64,000 bases of DNA from an uncultured Acidobacteriota bacterium (GTDB taxonomy: Bacteria; Actinomycetota; Acidimicrobiia; Spongiisociales; ZC4RG35): positions 64,001-128,000 of the forward strand of contig CAWHEU010000018.1 in the NCBI GenBank assembly GCA_963828465.1, given 5' to 3'. This document shows, piece after piece, positions 30,836 to 39,127 of the stretch; the stretch's first letter is position 1, and each line of letters begins with the position of its first letter. The notes beneath the pieces are model-generated. The model was not told where the DNA came from. It made no database searches and was given only the letters and a program-made list of their open reading frames with translations. Position numbers and translations under genes: made by a program.

Positions 30836-32119
30836 ATGACGTCCATCGATCTCGGCCCGTTCCCGTCGGCCTCCGGCTTCGATGCGGCAGTCGAGCTCGA
30901 TGGTTCTGACCCGCTCGCCGGATTCAGGGAGAGGTACGTGTTCTCCGACCCGGACCTCATCTATCTCGACGGGAACTCCCTGGGGCGGCTGCCGTCGGCT
31001 GCCGCGCCTGCTGTCGAGCAGGTGGTTCGGCACGAATGGGGAAACCGTCTCATCAGATCCTGGAACGAGGTTTGGTGGGACCTGCAACTCCACATCGGTG
31101 ACCGCGTGGCGCCACTGATCGGAGCAGGTCCCGGTGAGGTCATCATCTCCGATTCGACCTCGGTGAACCTCTACAAACTGGCCACAGCGGCGCTGAGGGC
31201 CCGGCCCGGCCGGGACAAGATCATTTCCGACAACTCCAATTTCCCGACCGACGTATATGTGTTGCGAGGGGTAGCCGAGGCGGGTGGAGCGACACTCGAG
31301 ATCGTCGCTACCGAGGACACAGCCGACCCGATGGGAGTCTTGGAATCTGCCCTGGACGAGAGGACCGCTCTTGTCTCCTTGTCACACACTGCCTTCAAGT
31401 CGGGATACACCTACGACCTCGCCGCAATCACCGAGAAGGTGCATCGACTCGGGGGTCTGGTGTTATGGGACCTGAGTCACTCCGTGGGCGTGCTGCCGAT
31501 CGACCTGGAGGTTGCCGGCGCGGACCTGGCGGTCGGCTGCACATACAAGTACCTGAACGGTGGCCCCGGGTCGCCCGCGTTCCTCTACGTGAGAAGATCG
31601 CTGCAGGGCTCTCTGGACAATCCGATCACGGGCTGGTGGGGGCACGCCGAGCCGTTCGACTTCGATCTCGAGTTTCGACCCACGGACGGAATCAGGAAGT
31701 TTCACAGCGGCACCATGCCGATGATCTCCCTCGCCGTCATCGACGCCGGGCTAACCGATGTGGCGGAGGCCAGAATCGATCGGGTGAGAGCGAAGTCGGT
31801 CTCTTTGACCGACTTCTTCATCGATCAGTGGGAGGAGCACCTGGAAAAGCTCGGTTTTGCGCTTCGGACCCCGCGCGAGTCTGCGCGGCGAGGGTCGCAC
31901 GTCTCCCTGTCCCACCCCGATTCATGGCCCATCGACCGGGCACTCATCGAGGTAGGGAAGGTCATCCCCGACTTCCGGGCGCCGGACAACATGAGGTTCG
32001 GCCTTGCCCCGCTGTACACCACCCATCTGGATGTCCACACTGCGGTTCAGCGGCTGAGGCTGATCGTCGAAGGTGGTGTGCATACGGGCTACGACCGGAC
32101 CAGGCAAACGGTCACGTAG
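30836..32119 (+). CDS. kynU: Kynureninase
   Basis: YLDGNSLG, WDLSHSVG, VGCTYKYLNGGPG, RGSHVS, DFRAPD...PLY. Confidence 0.94.
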   Translation: MTSIDLGPFPSASGFDAAVELDGSDPLAGFRERYVFSDPDLIYLDGNSLGRLPSAAAPAVEQVVRHEWGNRLIRSWNEVWWDLQLHIGDRVAPLIGAGPGEVIISDSTSVNLYKLATAALRARPGRDKIISDNSNFPTDVYVLRGVAEAGGATLEIVATEDTADPMGVLESALDERTALVSLSHTAFKSGYTYDLAAITEKVHRLGGLVLWDLSHSVGVLPIDLEVAGADLAVGCTYKYLNGGPGSPAFLYVRRSLQGSLDNPITGWWGHAEPFDFDLEFRPTDGIRKFHSGTMPMISLAVIDAGLTDVAEARIDRVRAKSVSLTDFFIDQWEEHLEKLGFALRTPRESARRGSHVSLSHPDSWPIDRALIEVGKVIPDFRAPDNMRFGLAPLYTTHLDVHTAVQRLRLIVEGGVHTGYDRTRQTVT

Positions 32120-32134
32120 GGGTCTGACATTGGC

Positions 32135-32211
32135 TGGTGGGCGATACTGGACTTGAACCAGTGACCTCGCGCGTGTGAGGCGCGCGCTCTAGCCAACTGA
32201 GCTAATCGCCC
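32135..32211 (-). tRNA. tRNA-Val(CAC)
   Basis: GGGCGAT/ATCGCCC acceptor stem, CGCGC-CTCACAC-GCGCG anticodon arm, GTTCAAGTCC T-arm, encoded CCA. Confidence 0.97.
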
Positions 32212-32322
32212 TGGGTGCCAAAGAGTACAGGCTCCCCGAGCCCTGGCCACAACCCAAACCGACCGAACGCAGTCGCCGCTTCGTAGAGTGTGATGGCGAA
32301 ACAGCCCTCTCGAGGAGGAAGG

Positions 32323-32748
32323 ATGACCACCGAGCCACCGACGCCATCGGAGCCCGAAAGTCCGCAGCCCATCGCCCCAACTCCCGCTGATACCACAGCG
32401 TCATTGGGTGGTATGTCAGGCGAGATTATCGTGATGGTCTCCGGGATCCTGATACTCGGCGTCCATGTGATATTCGGTTTGATTGCCAATGAGTGGTACG
32501 CGCAATTTCTGTCGGTAGTCGCAGCCACCTTCGCAGTGATTCTTCCCCGAGTGACATCAGTTGGCTCCGGGATCAGCGGCGCGACATTGCAAAAGATCAC
32601 TGGATATGTGATCGCTGGGGCCGGTCTTTGGGACTTCGTGTCAACCCTCCGATTCGGTTGGGGCGGCTTCGTGGACGTCGTCGGCTGGACCCTCCTCGCA
32701 GTTGCCGCTGTTCTGGCCTTCGTCGGCGCCCGCGCCATTGAAGAGTGA
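32323..32748 (+). CDS. Hypothetical 4-TM membrane protein
   Basis: GGAGGAAGG RBS before ATG; Pro-rich N-terminus followed by hydrophobic helices. Confidence 0.75.
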   Translation: MTTEPPTPSEPESPQPIAPTPADTTASLGGMSGEIIVMVSGILILGVHVIFGLIANEWYAQFLSVVAATFAVILPRVTSVGSGISGATLQKITGYVIAGAGLWDFVSTLRFGWGGFVDVVGWTLLAVAAVLAFVGARAIEE

Positions 32749-32775
32749 TCTCTCGTCCGACGGATCGATCAAGGC

Positions 32776-33117
32776 ATGAACAGATCTGAGTTCGACGCGG
32801 CCGTGGATCGTGCCCTCGATGGCCTTCCCACGTGGGTGGTGGAGCGGGTGGACAATTTGCATGTGGTGGTCGAGGACTGGCCCACCGAGGAGCAGGGGGA
32901 CGTCCTGGGCATCTATGAAGGCGTTTCGCTCTTGGAGCGCTCATCCGACTACTGGGGCGCCCTGCCCGACCGAATCATCGTCTTCCGTGAGCCTCATCTC
33001 GAGCTGGGTCTCAGCGATGAAGACCTCGAAGAAGAGATACGGAGGACCGTGCTCCACGAATTGGCCCACCACCTCGGCATCGACGACAGCAGACTCGAGG
33101 AGCTCGGCTGGGATTGA
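32776..33117 (+). CDS. Zincin-like metallopeptidase family protein
   Basis: LGIYEGV, PDRIIVFREP, TVLHELAHHLGIDD. Confidence 0.9.
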   Translation: MNRSEFDAAVDRALDGLPTWVVERVDNLHVVVEDWPTEEQGDVLGIYEGVSLLERSSDYWGALPDRIIVFREPHLELGLSDEDLEEEIRRTVLHELAHHLGIDDSRLEELGWD

Positions 33118-33516
33118 CTACGAGCGGCGTCTGGTGGCGGGGATCCCGGCCCTCTTGAGCACCTCGGCCGACACGCCGAACTGCCGCCACGTGCTGTAAC
33201 TGATCCCTTTTCTCTCGGAGTACGACTTGGCGTGGGCAGTGAAGCCGGCAGCCAGTTCTTCTGGATCAACAGTGTTTTCCACGCTACCCAGCGCCTTCTC
33301 GGTGTCTGCTCTCGACTGCATGAGATCGAGCCGTTTCAGCGGATTTGGCTCCGACTTCAACTTTGAATCGATGGTGGAGAGCTTCTTCTGCAAGCTCCCC
33401 TTTGTCACCGGGCGACCTCGCTTTTTGTTGCCTAAAGCATCGAGATAAGCCTTGACGGAACGCGCCTCGAGTCGTCCCTGCGCCAGGGCCGCCTTGTGCT
33501 CCTCGGACATGGCCAT
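33118..33516 (-). CDS. Small basic hypothetical protein with KKRGRP motif
   Basis: GAGGAG RBS, Lys/Arg-rich, helical heptad pattern. Confidence 0.8.
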   Translation of the reverse strand: MAMSEEHKAALAQGRLEARSVKAYLDALGNKKRGRPVTKGSLQKKLSTIDSKLKSEPNPLKRLDLMQSRADTEKALGSVENTVDPEELAAGFTAHAKSYSERKGISYSTWRQFGVSAEVLKRAGIPATRRRS

Positions 33517-33594
33517 TGCCTGCTCCTCAATGTCGTGTGGGACGGGATATTACCCAAGATATGGGATCGCATTGCCGGTAGGAATTATCATGAG

Positions 33595-33618
33595 AAACCC
33601 CCACAGTTGTGGGGGTTT
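33595..33618. terminator. Terminator-like inverted repeat
   Basis: AAACCCCCAC-AGTT-GTGGGGGTTT, perfect 10-bp stem. Confidence 0.6.
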
Positions 33619-33713
33619 GCTGTCGTGGGTGTCCCGCCGCCGTGGTCGTGTCGGAGATGCCCAACTCGGGGTGCCGCTCCTGCATCGAATCGAATTAGTG
33701 GAGACGAGGCCCC

Positions 33714-33908
33714 ATGCAGGAAGTCTCAAACGTCCTCAATGCGGGATACCCTGTCAGCGTGAAGATCAGACCGAAGACCGCCGAGGAACTGGAAGACACC
33801 GCCTTGTACAAGGAGCTGAAAGAGTCGGGTGCGTTGCACTCGCCCGGCATCTACACGGTCGAGGACCTCGAAGCCGACGACGAAGAACTGCGGGCTCAGG
33901 GCAAGTAG
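33714..33908 (+). CDS. Small acidic hypothetical protein
   Basis: 64 aa, GGAGACGAGG upstream, protein-like composition. Confidence 0.5.
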   Translation: MQEVSNVLNAGYPVSVKIRPKTAEELEDTALYKELKESGALHSPGIYTVEDLEADDEELRAQGK

Positions 33909-34168
33909 CCAGGGATCCGGTCAGAGCCCGGTCCGGAGGATCCCTCTCTCGGTAGGTCGCCGGCATGACGGTGTCCGGTCCTGGTCAACTCGCCGGTGCG
34001 CATGATCCAACCCCAACTACACGCCTACTCCCATTCGGGCATGGCGCGTAGGTCGGTGAGGACGCCTGGGCTCACTGGCCACGAGCGGAGCGCTTCGAGC
34101 AGCCAAGACATTTCAGGCATGACCGGAACACAGGACATGTGGCAGAAGGTACGGGCGGGTAGTGACGC

Positions 34169-34255
34169 CTACTCGCCTCTGTTCGCCGCCCACAGCATCG
34201 ACGATGCCAGGAACCCGACCACCGCTCCCGCGAAGAAGATGAGTGCCTCGATCAT
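34169..34255 (-). CDS. 28-aa phage-like single-TM peptide
   Basis: Manual translation MIEALIFFAGAVVGFLASSMLWAANRGE*. Confidence 0.4.
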   Translation of the reverse strand: MIEALIFFAGAVVGFLASSMLWAANRGE

Positions 34256-34451
34256 TCGCTCAGATATCCCCTTGGCTCGTTAGGTAGTTCTGGGACCTCT
34301 TGCCGCTCAGGGTCTGGAAGCGTGTGGTTGTAGCAACCTAGCCCCCACGGACACGGAAGGTCGGGAAACCTGACGTGGAGTTTTCTCCGAATCTGATGGA
34401 GAAGCACGTTCTCGATCGAAATTGAAAGACAGGTTCGCGTTGTGAAGGAGA

Positions 34452-34496
34452 GGTGGGCCCTACTGGACTTGAACCAGTGACCTCTTGCGTGTCGAG
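34452..34496 (-). repeat. att-like direct repeat (3' part of tRNA-Val(GAC))
   Basis: 45-bp identical copy of 38344..38388. Confidence 0.93.
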
Positions 34497-35395
34497 GAAC
34501 CCGACACATGTTCGCCAGTGTCCGTGGGTGTAGTTGAAAACCGGCTCCTATCAGGGCTTATAGAGGCTCGATGAGGTTTTCGTCAGGTGGTGGTTGATGA
34601 TCGCCGGAACCCCTGTTTTCGGGAGATAGGCACCCTGAAAGGCACCCGTAAGAATCTTCCAGGTGTGGTGCGGGCCGCCATCGTGTTTGTCCTCGGTGAA
34701 GGCGGAGACGACGCCAACGGGACTGGGATCGAGGGGGAGTCGGCCGTGCAGACCTGATAGATCAGGTGACCCGTCTCAGTCCGGCCACCAGGCTCCACAT
34801 CGCAGACAACCCCGCGGTGTACGCCATGAGAGAGGCATCGAGGTAGTCGTGGACTGGTCAGGACGAGCAGCTATCAGCTCAGAAGATGCAGCCGCTCTCG
34901 TCGCAGAAGCCACAGCCCTTACCCCCGAACAGGCAACCTCTGTGGGCCTCAGTCGTGAACGAGGCCACGGGTGCGATGAGACACATTCCGGCACCCCAAA
35001 TGTTCACCTTCTGGCCGTCCGCCGGCACGTATCCCACGGTTCCAATTCAGCGATTACATAACTGAAAAGCGCCGCCGGCTCCGGGGGCGCCGACTGGGCT
35101 GGGAGAGACCGGGGGAGAAGGCGGGAGGGATGGCCTATGAACATGGCCTCGAACACGGAATGGGTGGCAGGCGTAGTCCTCCTCAGGGACGAAAACTGCA
35201 CCGGATGTGGTCACGATGGGTGGTCGCACTTCTATGACAGGGTGGGAATGCTGGCCGAGTGTCACGCTCCGACCTGTCATTGTCTGCGGTACACGTCATG
35301 AGCATCTTCATGATCTGGATGTTGACTGAGATCGTGATCCTGGTTCTGATAGCTGTTCTCTGGCCGTGGCCTCCTCAGCCACCAAGGGGGGGCCG

Positions 35396-35623
35396 ATGAA
35401 ACTGTGGCTCCATGCCCGAGGGGGAAGGCACAAGCGGTGGATGATCGAAGCCGAGTCAGCAGTGAACGCCTCTTACCATCTCAAAGCCAACGGTGATCCT
35501 CTCGCCGGGTGGGACAAGATGCGAATGGCGACCAACATGCTCGCCGGCTGCGGCTGCCCATCTTCTCTGTGGCCTGAGACGGTGAGGGAGGCGGTGACTT
35601 CGACATCGGTGTTGGATCGATGA
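35396..35623 (+). CDS. Small phage-like hypothetical protein
   Basis: MKLWLHARGGRHKRW...; start overlaps the stop of an upstream 33-aa hydrophobic ORF (ATGA). Confidence 0.45.
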   Translation: MKLWLHARGGRHKRWMIEAESAVNASYHLKANGDPLAGWDKMRMATNMLAGCGCPSSLWPETVREAVTSTSVLDR

Positions 35624-35955
35624 TGAGAGCTACCTGGCGACGGTCCGCAAGCTGATCATCGACTACCTGATGGATCTCACCGTGGAGGGCTTCGGGATGG
35701 TGGGGAATGAGCATCCAGTATTACGCCGAGATGGAGCCCGGTCCCCCAAGGCTCAGATCATCTTCCCCCGCATGGAAGCCCCGACGGGTTTGGCCGACGG
35801 GCCTGTCGGGGCTTCTTGTTGGTCCTTGATCCGAATGCTTCACCCACAAAAGCCCTCTCAGTAGATTCCGTTTCTTTGAGAGGAGCCGTCGGACACCCTG
35901 CCCACCCGTGGAGATTTAGATTGATTGCTCAACAAACCGGGGTGGGCCTTCCCGG

Positions 35956-37141
35956 TTAGGGGGCGTTGAGGGTCCAGTTTCCGTCTGCCGTTATGTCGAG
36001 GATGGCGGTGCCGGTGGGGATCAGATCGGTCCGGAGTATGCGCCGATTTCGTTGACGATGAGCCCAGCGATGCTGCCGTTGGATTGGTAGCCCCAGATGA
36101 TGAAGTTGCTGGTTCCGTGGTGGATGGATGTCAGTGTTGATGCCGAGCCGTCGTACCGAACAATGTCGTCCCCCGAGCCGCTCAAAGACGAAGTCATAAC
36201 CGTGACTTCGGTCATGGGTCGGGCTGTAATCGACCAGGCGCCGTCGGCAGTGATGTCTAGATGCCGGACAAATCAGGTGCAGTGAACCATCCTCCGTGCA
36301 CCATTCTCCGACCCTCGTAAGGCCCGATCTCGTTGACCAACAGGTCGATCATTCCGAACGAGCTGTCGAGACTCCATACGATGAAATTGCCGGTCCCATC
36401 ATGGGTGAGGTCGAGGACTGCTGGTACGTCTCCGGGTATCCGAAAGTCGATGACATCATTTCCGACGCCGGTCACGGTGAACTTGGCGAAAGAGCCAGGG
36501 GGTGGTGGTGTCGGTGGACGTATCGGTGTCAGTCCGAGGGCTCGTGTCAGGAACCCTGCCATCTGACCTCGGGTCACGTTGTCAGTGGGACAGAGTTGGT
36601 GTTGGCTGGCGGGCTGCATCCGAGCGTGATCCGTGCGTCGGCCACCTTGTTGATGCCCGGTTCGAAAATCGAACTGTTGTCGTCGATGAAATGGTCGTTG
36701 GTCGAGTCGGGCAGGTTTTCTGCTCTCGACAGGAAGGCGGCCATCTCTCCACGGGTGATTGTGTCGTCTCCGCAATAGCGGCCTGGGGCACAACCTTGGG
36801 TCAAGCCGGTCTGGGCTAGTCGGTTGGCTGCGTCTTCGTAGACCTTGCCGTTGTCGTCGGTGAAGAAGTCGAGCGTGGTCGTCGGCAGGTCGTAGCCACG
36901 GACGATGAAGATCGCCATCTGACCACGTGTCACCTGATCGTCAGGACAGTATCTGGTGTTCGCCGGTGGGTTACAGCCGAGAGTGATGCCTTCGGCGGCG
37001 ATCGCCTCGATAGCTCCCCTCGAAAACGCTGTCGTTGTCGTCGGTGAACGTGCCGCCAGGTGGCAGCTGCGCGAATGCGGCCGAGGCTGTGAGTAGAACA
37101 CCCAAGCCTGCTGCTGCACTGATCAATCGCCACTTTCCCAT
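35956..37141 (-). pseudogene. Secreted S-layer-homology (SLH-like x3) protein, ~4 frameshifts
   Basis: Signal peptide MGKWRLISAAAGLGVLLTASAAFA; three repeats FTDD...GIT.GC...YCP...VTRG.MA.F; Pro linker; duplicated C-terminal domain (HxGTxNF..W...VNEIG.Y.G...LDITADG.W) spread over five frames/ORF pieces. Confidence 0.85.
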
Positions 37142-37374
37142 TGGGAACCCCCTTGCCGGGTCGAGTGGTCGCATCGAACCTAGTCGTGGGCACGATCCCG
37201 TTCAGCAGGGCTCCTGCATGACCTGCCGTTCATGTCACAGCCGGCTCGTACCGTTTCGAGGGTGAGTGACTGTCCTGAATGTGACCATCCGGTCATCCAC
37301 CGCAACGAACATGGCTGATTCGCCGCTCCCGATTGCGCCTGCACAGAACAGTCCGACTGTGTAATTTCAGAGTG

Positions 37375-37626
37375 ATGGATCCTCCCAAGTACCCGCTAGG
37401 AACGATGGTTCGTGGACGGCAGGCCGGCTGGGATGCGGCCAAGGAAGACGACTATGTCGCATCTTTTGAGCAAGGCCTGGACATTGTGCCGTCATTCGAG
37501 GATGTCCCCGAGTTTGTCGAGGGACCTCTGGAGGGCTTTTGGGTGCAGGTGACCGCAGAAAAGGGATACTTCAAGCATGTTGTCGGGGGATATGACGTTG
37601 ACCCCGAGACCTTGGAACTGTTATGA
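37375..37626 (+). CDS. Hypothetical protein (83 aa)
   Basis: TAATTT-N7-ATG promoter; protein-like composition. Confidence 0.6.
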   Translation: MDPPKYPLGTMVRGRQAGWDAAKEDDYVASFEQGLDIVPSFEDVPEFVEGPLEGFWVQVTAEKGYFKHVVGGYDVDPETLELL

Positions 37627-37730
37627 CCTTGCCCCGATGGACTACGACTGCAATGAGTCCGTAGGGACAGCCCATTCACCGATCTAGAGCCAAAGTGGGC
37701 CACATGATGCGGGGGCGCACGGGACGCCGT

Positions 37731-37946
37731 CTAAGGCGTTTTCCGCGGTCCCCGTGACTCGGAGTGCGGGCTACTTGTCGCCAGGTGTCTGCCAGATGTC
37801 GTGTTTTCGGGTGACTCCGGCTTTGGCTCGGCATAGGTTCCGCACGATTCGGACATAGTCCCAACGTGAACCCACGGCGTTTTGGCGTTCGCTCTGATAA
37901 TCCACTCGTCGCAATGTCGGCACAGCCCGTCGGGTTTGTTCGCCAT
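37731..37946 (-). CDS. Small Cys/His protein, phage-like
   Basis: MANKPDGLCRHCDEWI...WVH...C. Confidence 0.4.
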   Translation of the reverse strand: MANKPDGLCRHCDEWIIRANAKTPWVHVGTMSESCGTYAEPKPESPENTTSGRHLATSSPHSESRGPRKTP

Positions 37947-38311
37947 CGGTACCGTTATCGGTAATTGAATGGATTCCGCTACGGCCCGCGGGCTAGTCCT
38001 CATGGACGTTTTCACCATGGAACGTGCGCACTGATACGACGAACCCTCCACTCGCCGGGCATTTGATGTGATTCGATGGCTTGCGACGGATGGGGGGTTG
38101 TCGGTGCGGGTTCCTAACGGACGCCCGGAGGCGTCACCCTGCACAGTTCCGAAACATAGTTCGTGACATCGCCGTGATCGGCCTGCAGTCCGAGTCATGG
38201 CGAGTGTGTTGCGCCGTTTAGATCGCTTCCTGGGGGTGTTAGAACGCCTGTTCGGTGCCGATCGGCACCCTGGACGATTCCAGCCTGTCTCCGAGCTGAT
38301 CCTGGACATGG

Positions 38312-38340
38312 GAAAACCCCAGGTGATCCCTGGGGTTTTC
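38312..38340 (-). terminator. Intrinsic terminator after the tRNA cluster
   Basis: GAAAACCCCAGG-N5-CCTGGGGTTTTC 12-bp stem immediately 3' of tRNA-Val. Confidence 0.8.
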
Positions 38341-38342
38341 GG

Positions 38343-38420
38343 TGGTGGGCCCTACTGGACTTGAACCAGTGACCTCTTGCGTGTCGAGCAAGCGCTCTAG
38401 CCGGGCTGAGCTAAGGGCCC
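38343..38420 (-). tRNA. tRNA-Val(GAC)
   Basis: GGGCCCT/AGGGCCC acceptor stem, CTTGC-TCGACAC-GCAAG anticodon arm, encoded CCA. Confidence 0.96.
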
Positions 38421-38432
38421 GAGTTCCCTCCT

Positions 38433-38506
38433 TGGAGGCGACGACCGGAATCGAACCGGTGTGACGGGTTTTGCAGACCCGCGCCTAACCACTCGGCCAC
38501 GTCGCC
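38433..38506 (-). tRNA. tRNA-Cys(GCA)
   Basis: GGCGACG/CGTCGCC acceptor stem, CGGGT-CTGCAAA-ACCCG anticodon arm, encoded CCA. Confidence 0.97.
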
Positions 38507-38531
38507 GAGACCGGACGACTCGAGTCGTCGG

Positions 38532-38605
38532 AGCGGAAGACGGGATTCGAACCCGCGACCTCAACCTTGGCAAGGTTGCGCTCTAGCCAACTGAGCTACT
38601 TCCGC
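38532..38605 (-). tRNA. tRNA-Gly(GCC)
   Basis: GCGGAAG/CTTCCGC acceptor stem, CAACC-TTGCCAA-GGTTG anticodon arm; CCA not fully encoded. Confidence 0.97.
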
Positions 38606-38650
38606 ACGGGTAACGCATTCTAACTGTGCGCCCATTCCAGCCAAACAGCA

Positions 38651-39079
38651 TCACGAGCCGGTCGAACCGAAGCCGCCCGAGCCCCTGGAGGTCTCATCCA
38701 GCCTCTCCACCTCCACCCATTCGACATCTGGGATCGGGACCACAGCCAGCTGCGCGATCCGCTCGCCCCTGGAGAAGCTGACCCTCTCGGATCCGTGGTT
38801 GATGAGGAGCACCGACACCTCGCCGCGGTACCCCGAGTCGATGAGCCCGGGTCCGTTGACGACGCCCACCCCGAGGCGCTGCGCGTGACCGCTGCGGGGC
38901 AGGACCAGGCCGGCGAAGCCGTGGGGTATGGCTACGGCGAGTCCCGTAGGAACTGAGGCCCTCTCCCCCGGTTCCAAAATCACTTCATATCTGGCCTGAA
39001 GATCTACCGCCGCGTCGCCGATATGTGATCGCGAGGGAATTTCCACTTCCGGATCGAGTCTTATGAAACTAGCTTGCAT
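38651..39079 (-). CDS. dut: dUTP diphosphatase
   Basis: GDAAVDL, PRSGHA, PGLIDSGYRGE, ERIAQL, RGSGGFGSTG. Confidence 0.95.
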   Translation of the reverse strand: MQASFIRLDPEVEIPSRSHIGDAAVDLQARYEVILEPGERASVPTGLAVAIPHGFAGLVLPRSGHAQRLGVGVVNGPGLIDSGYRGEVSVLLINHGSERVSFSRGERIAQLAVVPIPDVEWVEVERLDETSRGSGGFGSTGS

Positions 39080-39127
39080 TCTGGAGTCACGGGGCATCGG
39101 GCGGGATGACCTGACGACTGTAAATGA

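Larger units (their letters stand above)
34452..38388. mobile_element. tRNA-Val(GAC)-integrated genomic islet, no integrase recognised
   Basis: Bounded by the 45-bp tRNA 3'-end duplication; contains short phage-like ORFs and a broken SLH gene. Confidence 0.8.

Noticed and set aside
34452-34496. An additional tRNA gene
   Set aside because: Only the 3' part is present, with no D-arm or 5' acceptor strand; it is an att-type duplicate.
38514-38529. Perfect palindrome GACGACTCGAGTCGTC between tRNA-Gly and tRNA-Cys
   Set aside because: Single occurrence in a tRNA spacer; no evidence of a repeat family or separate function.
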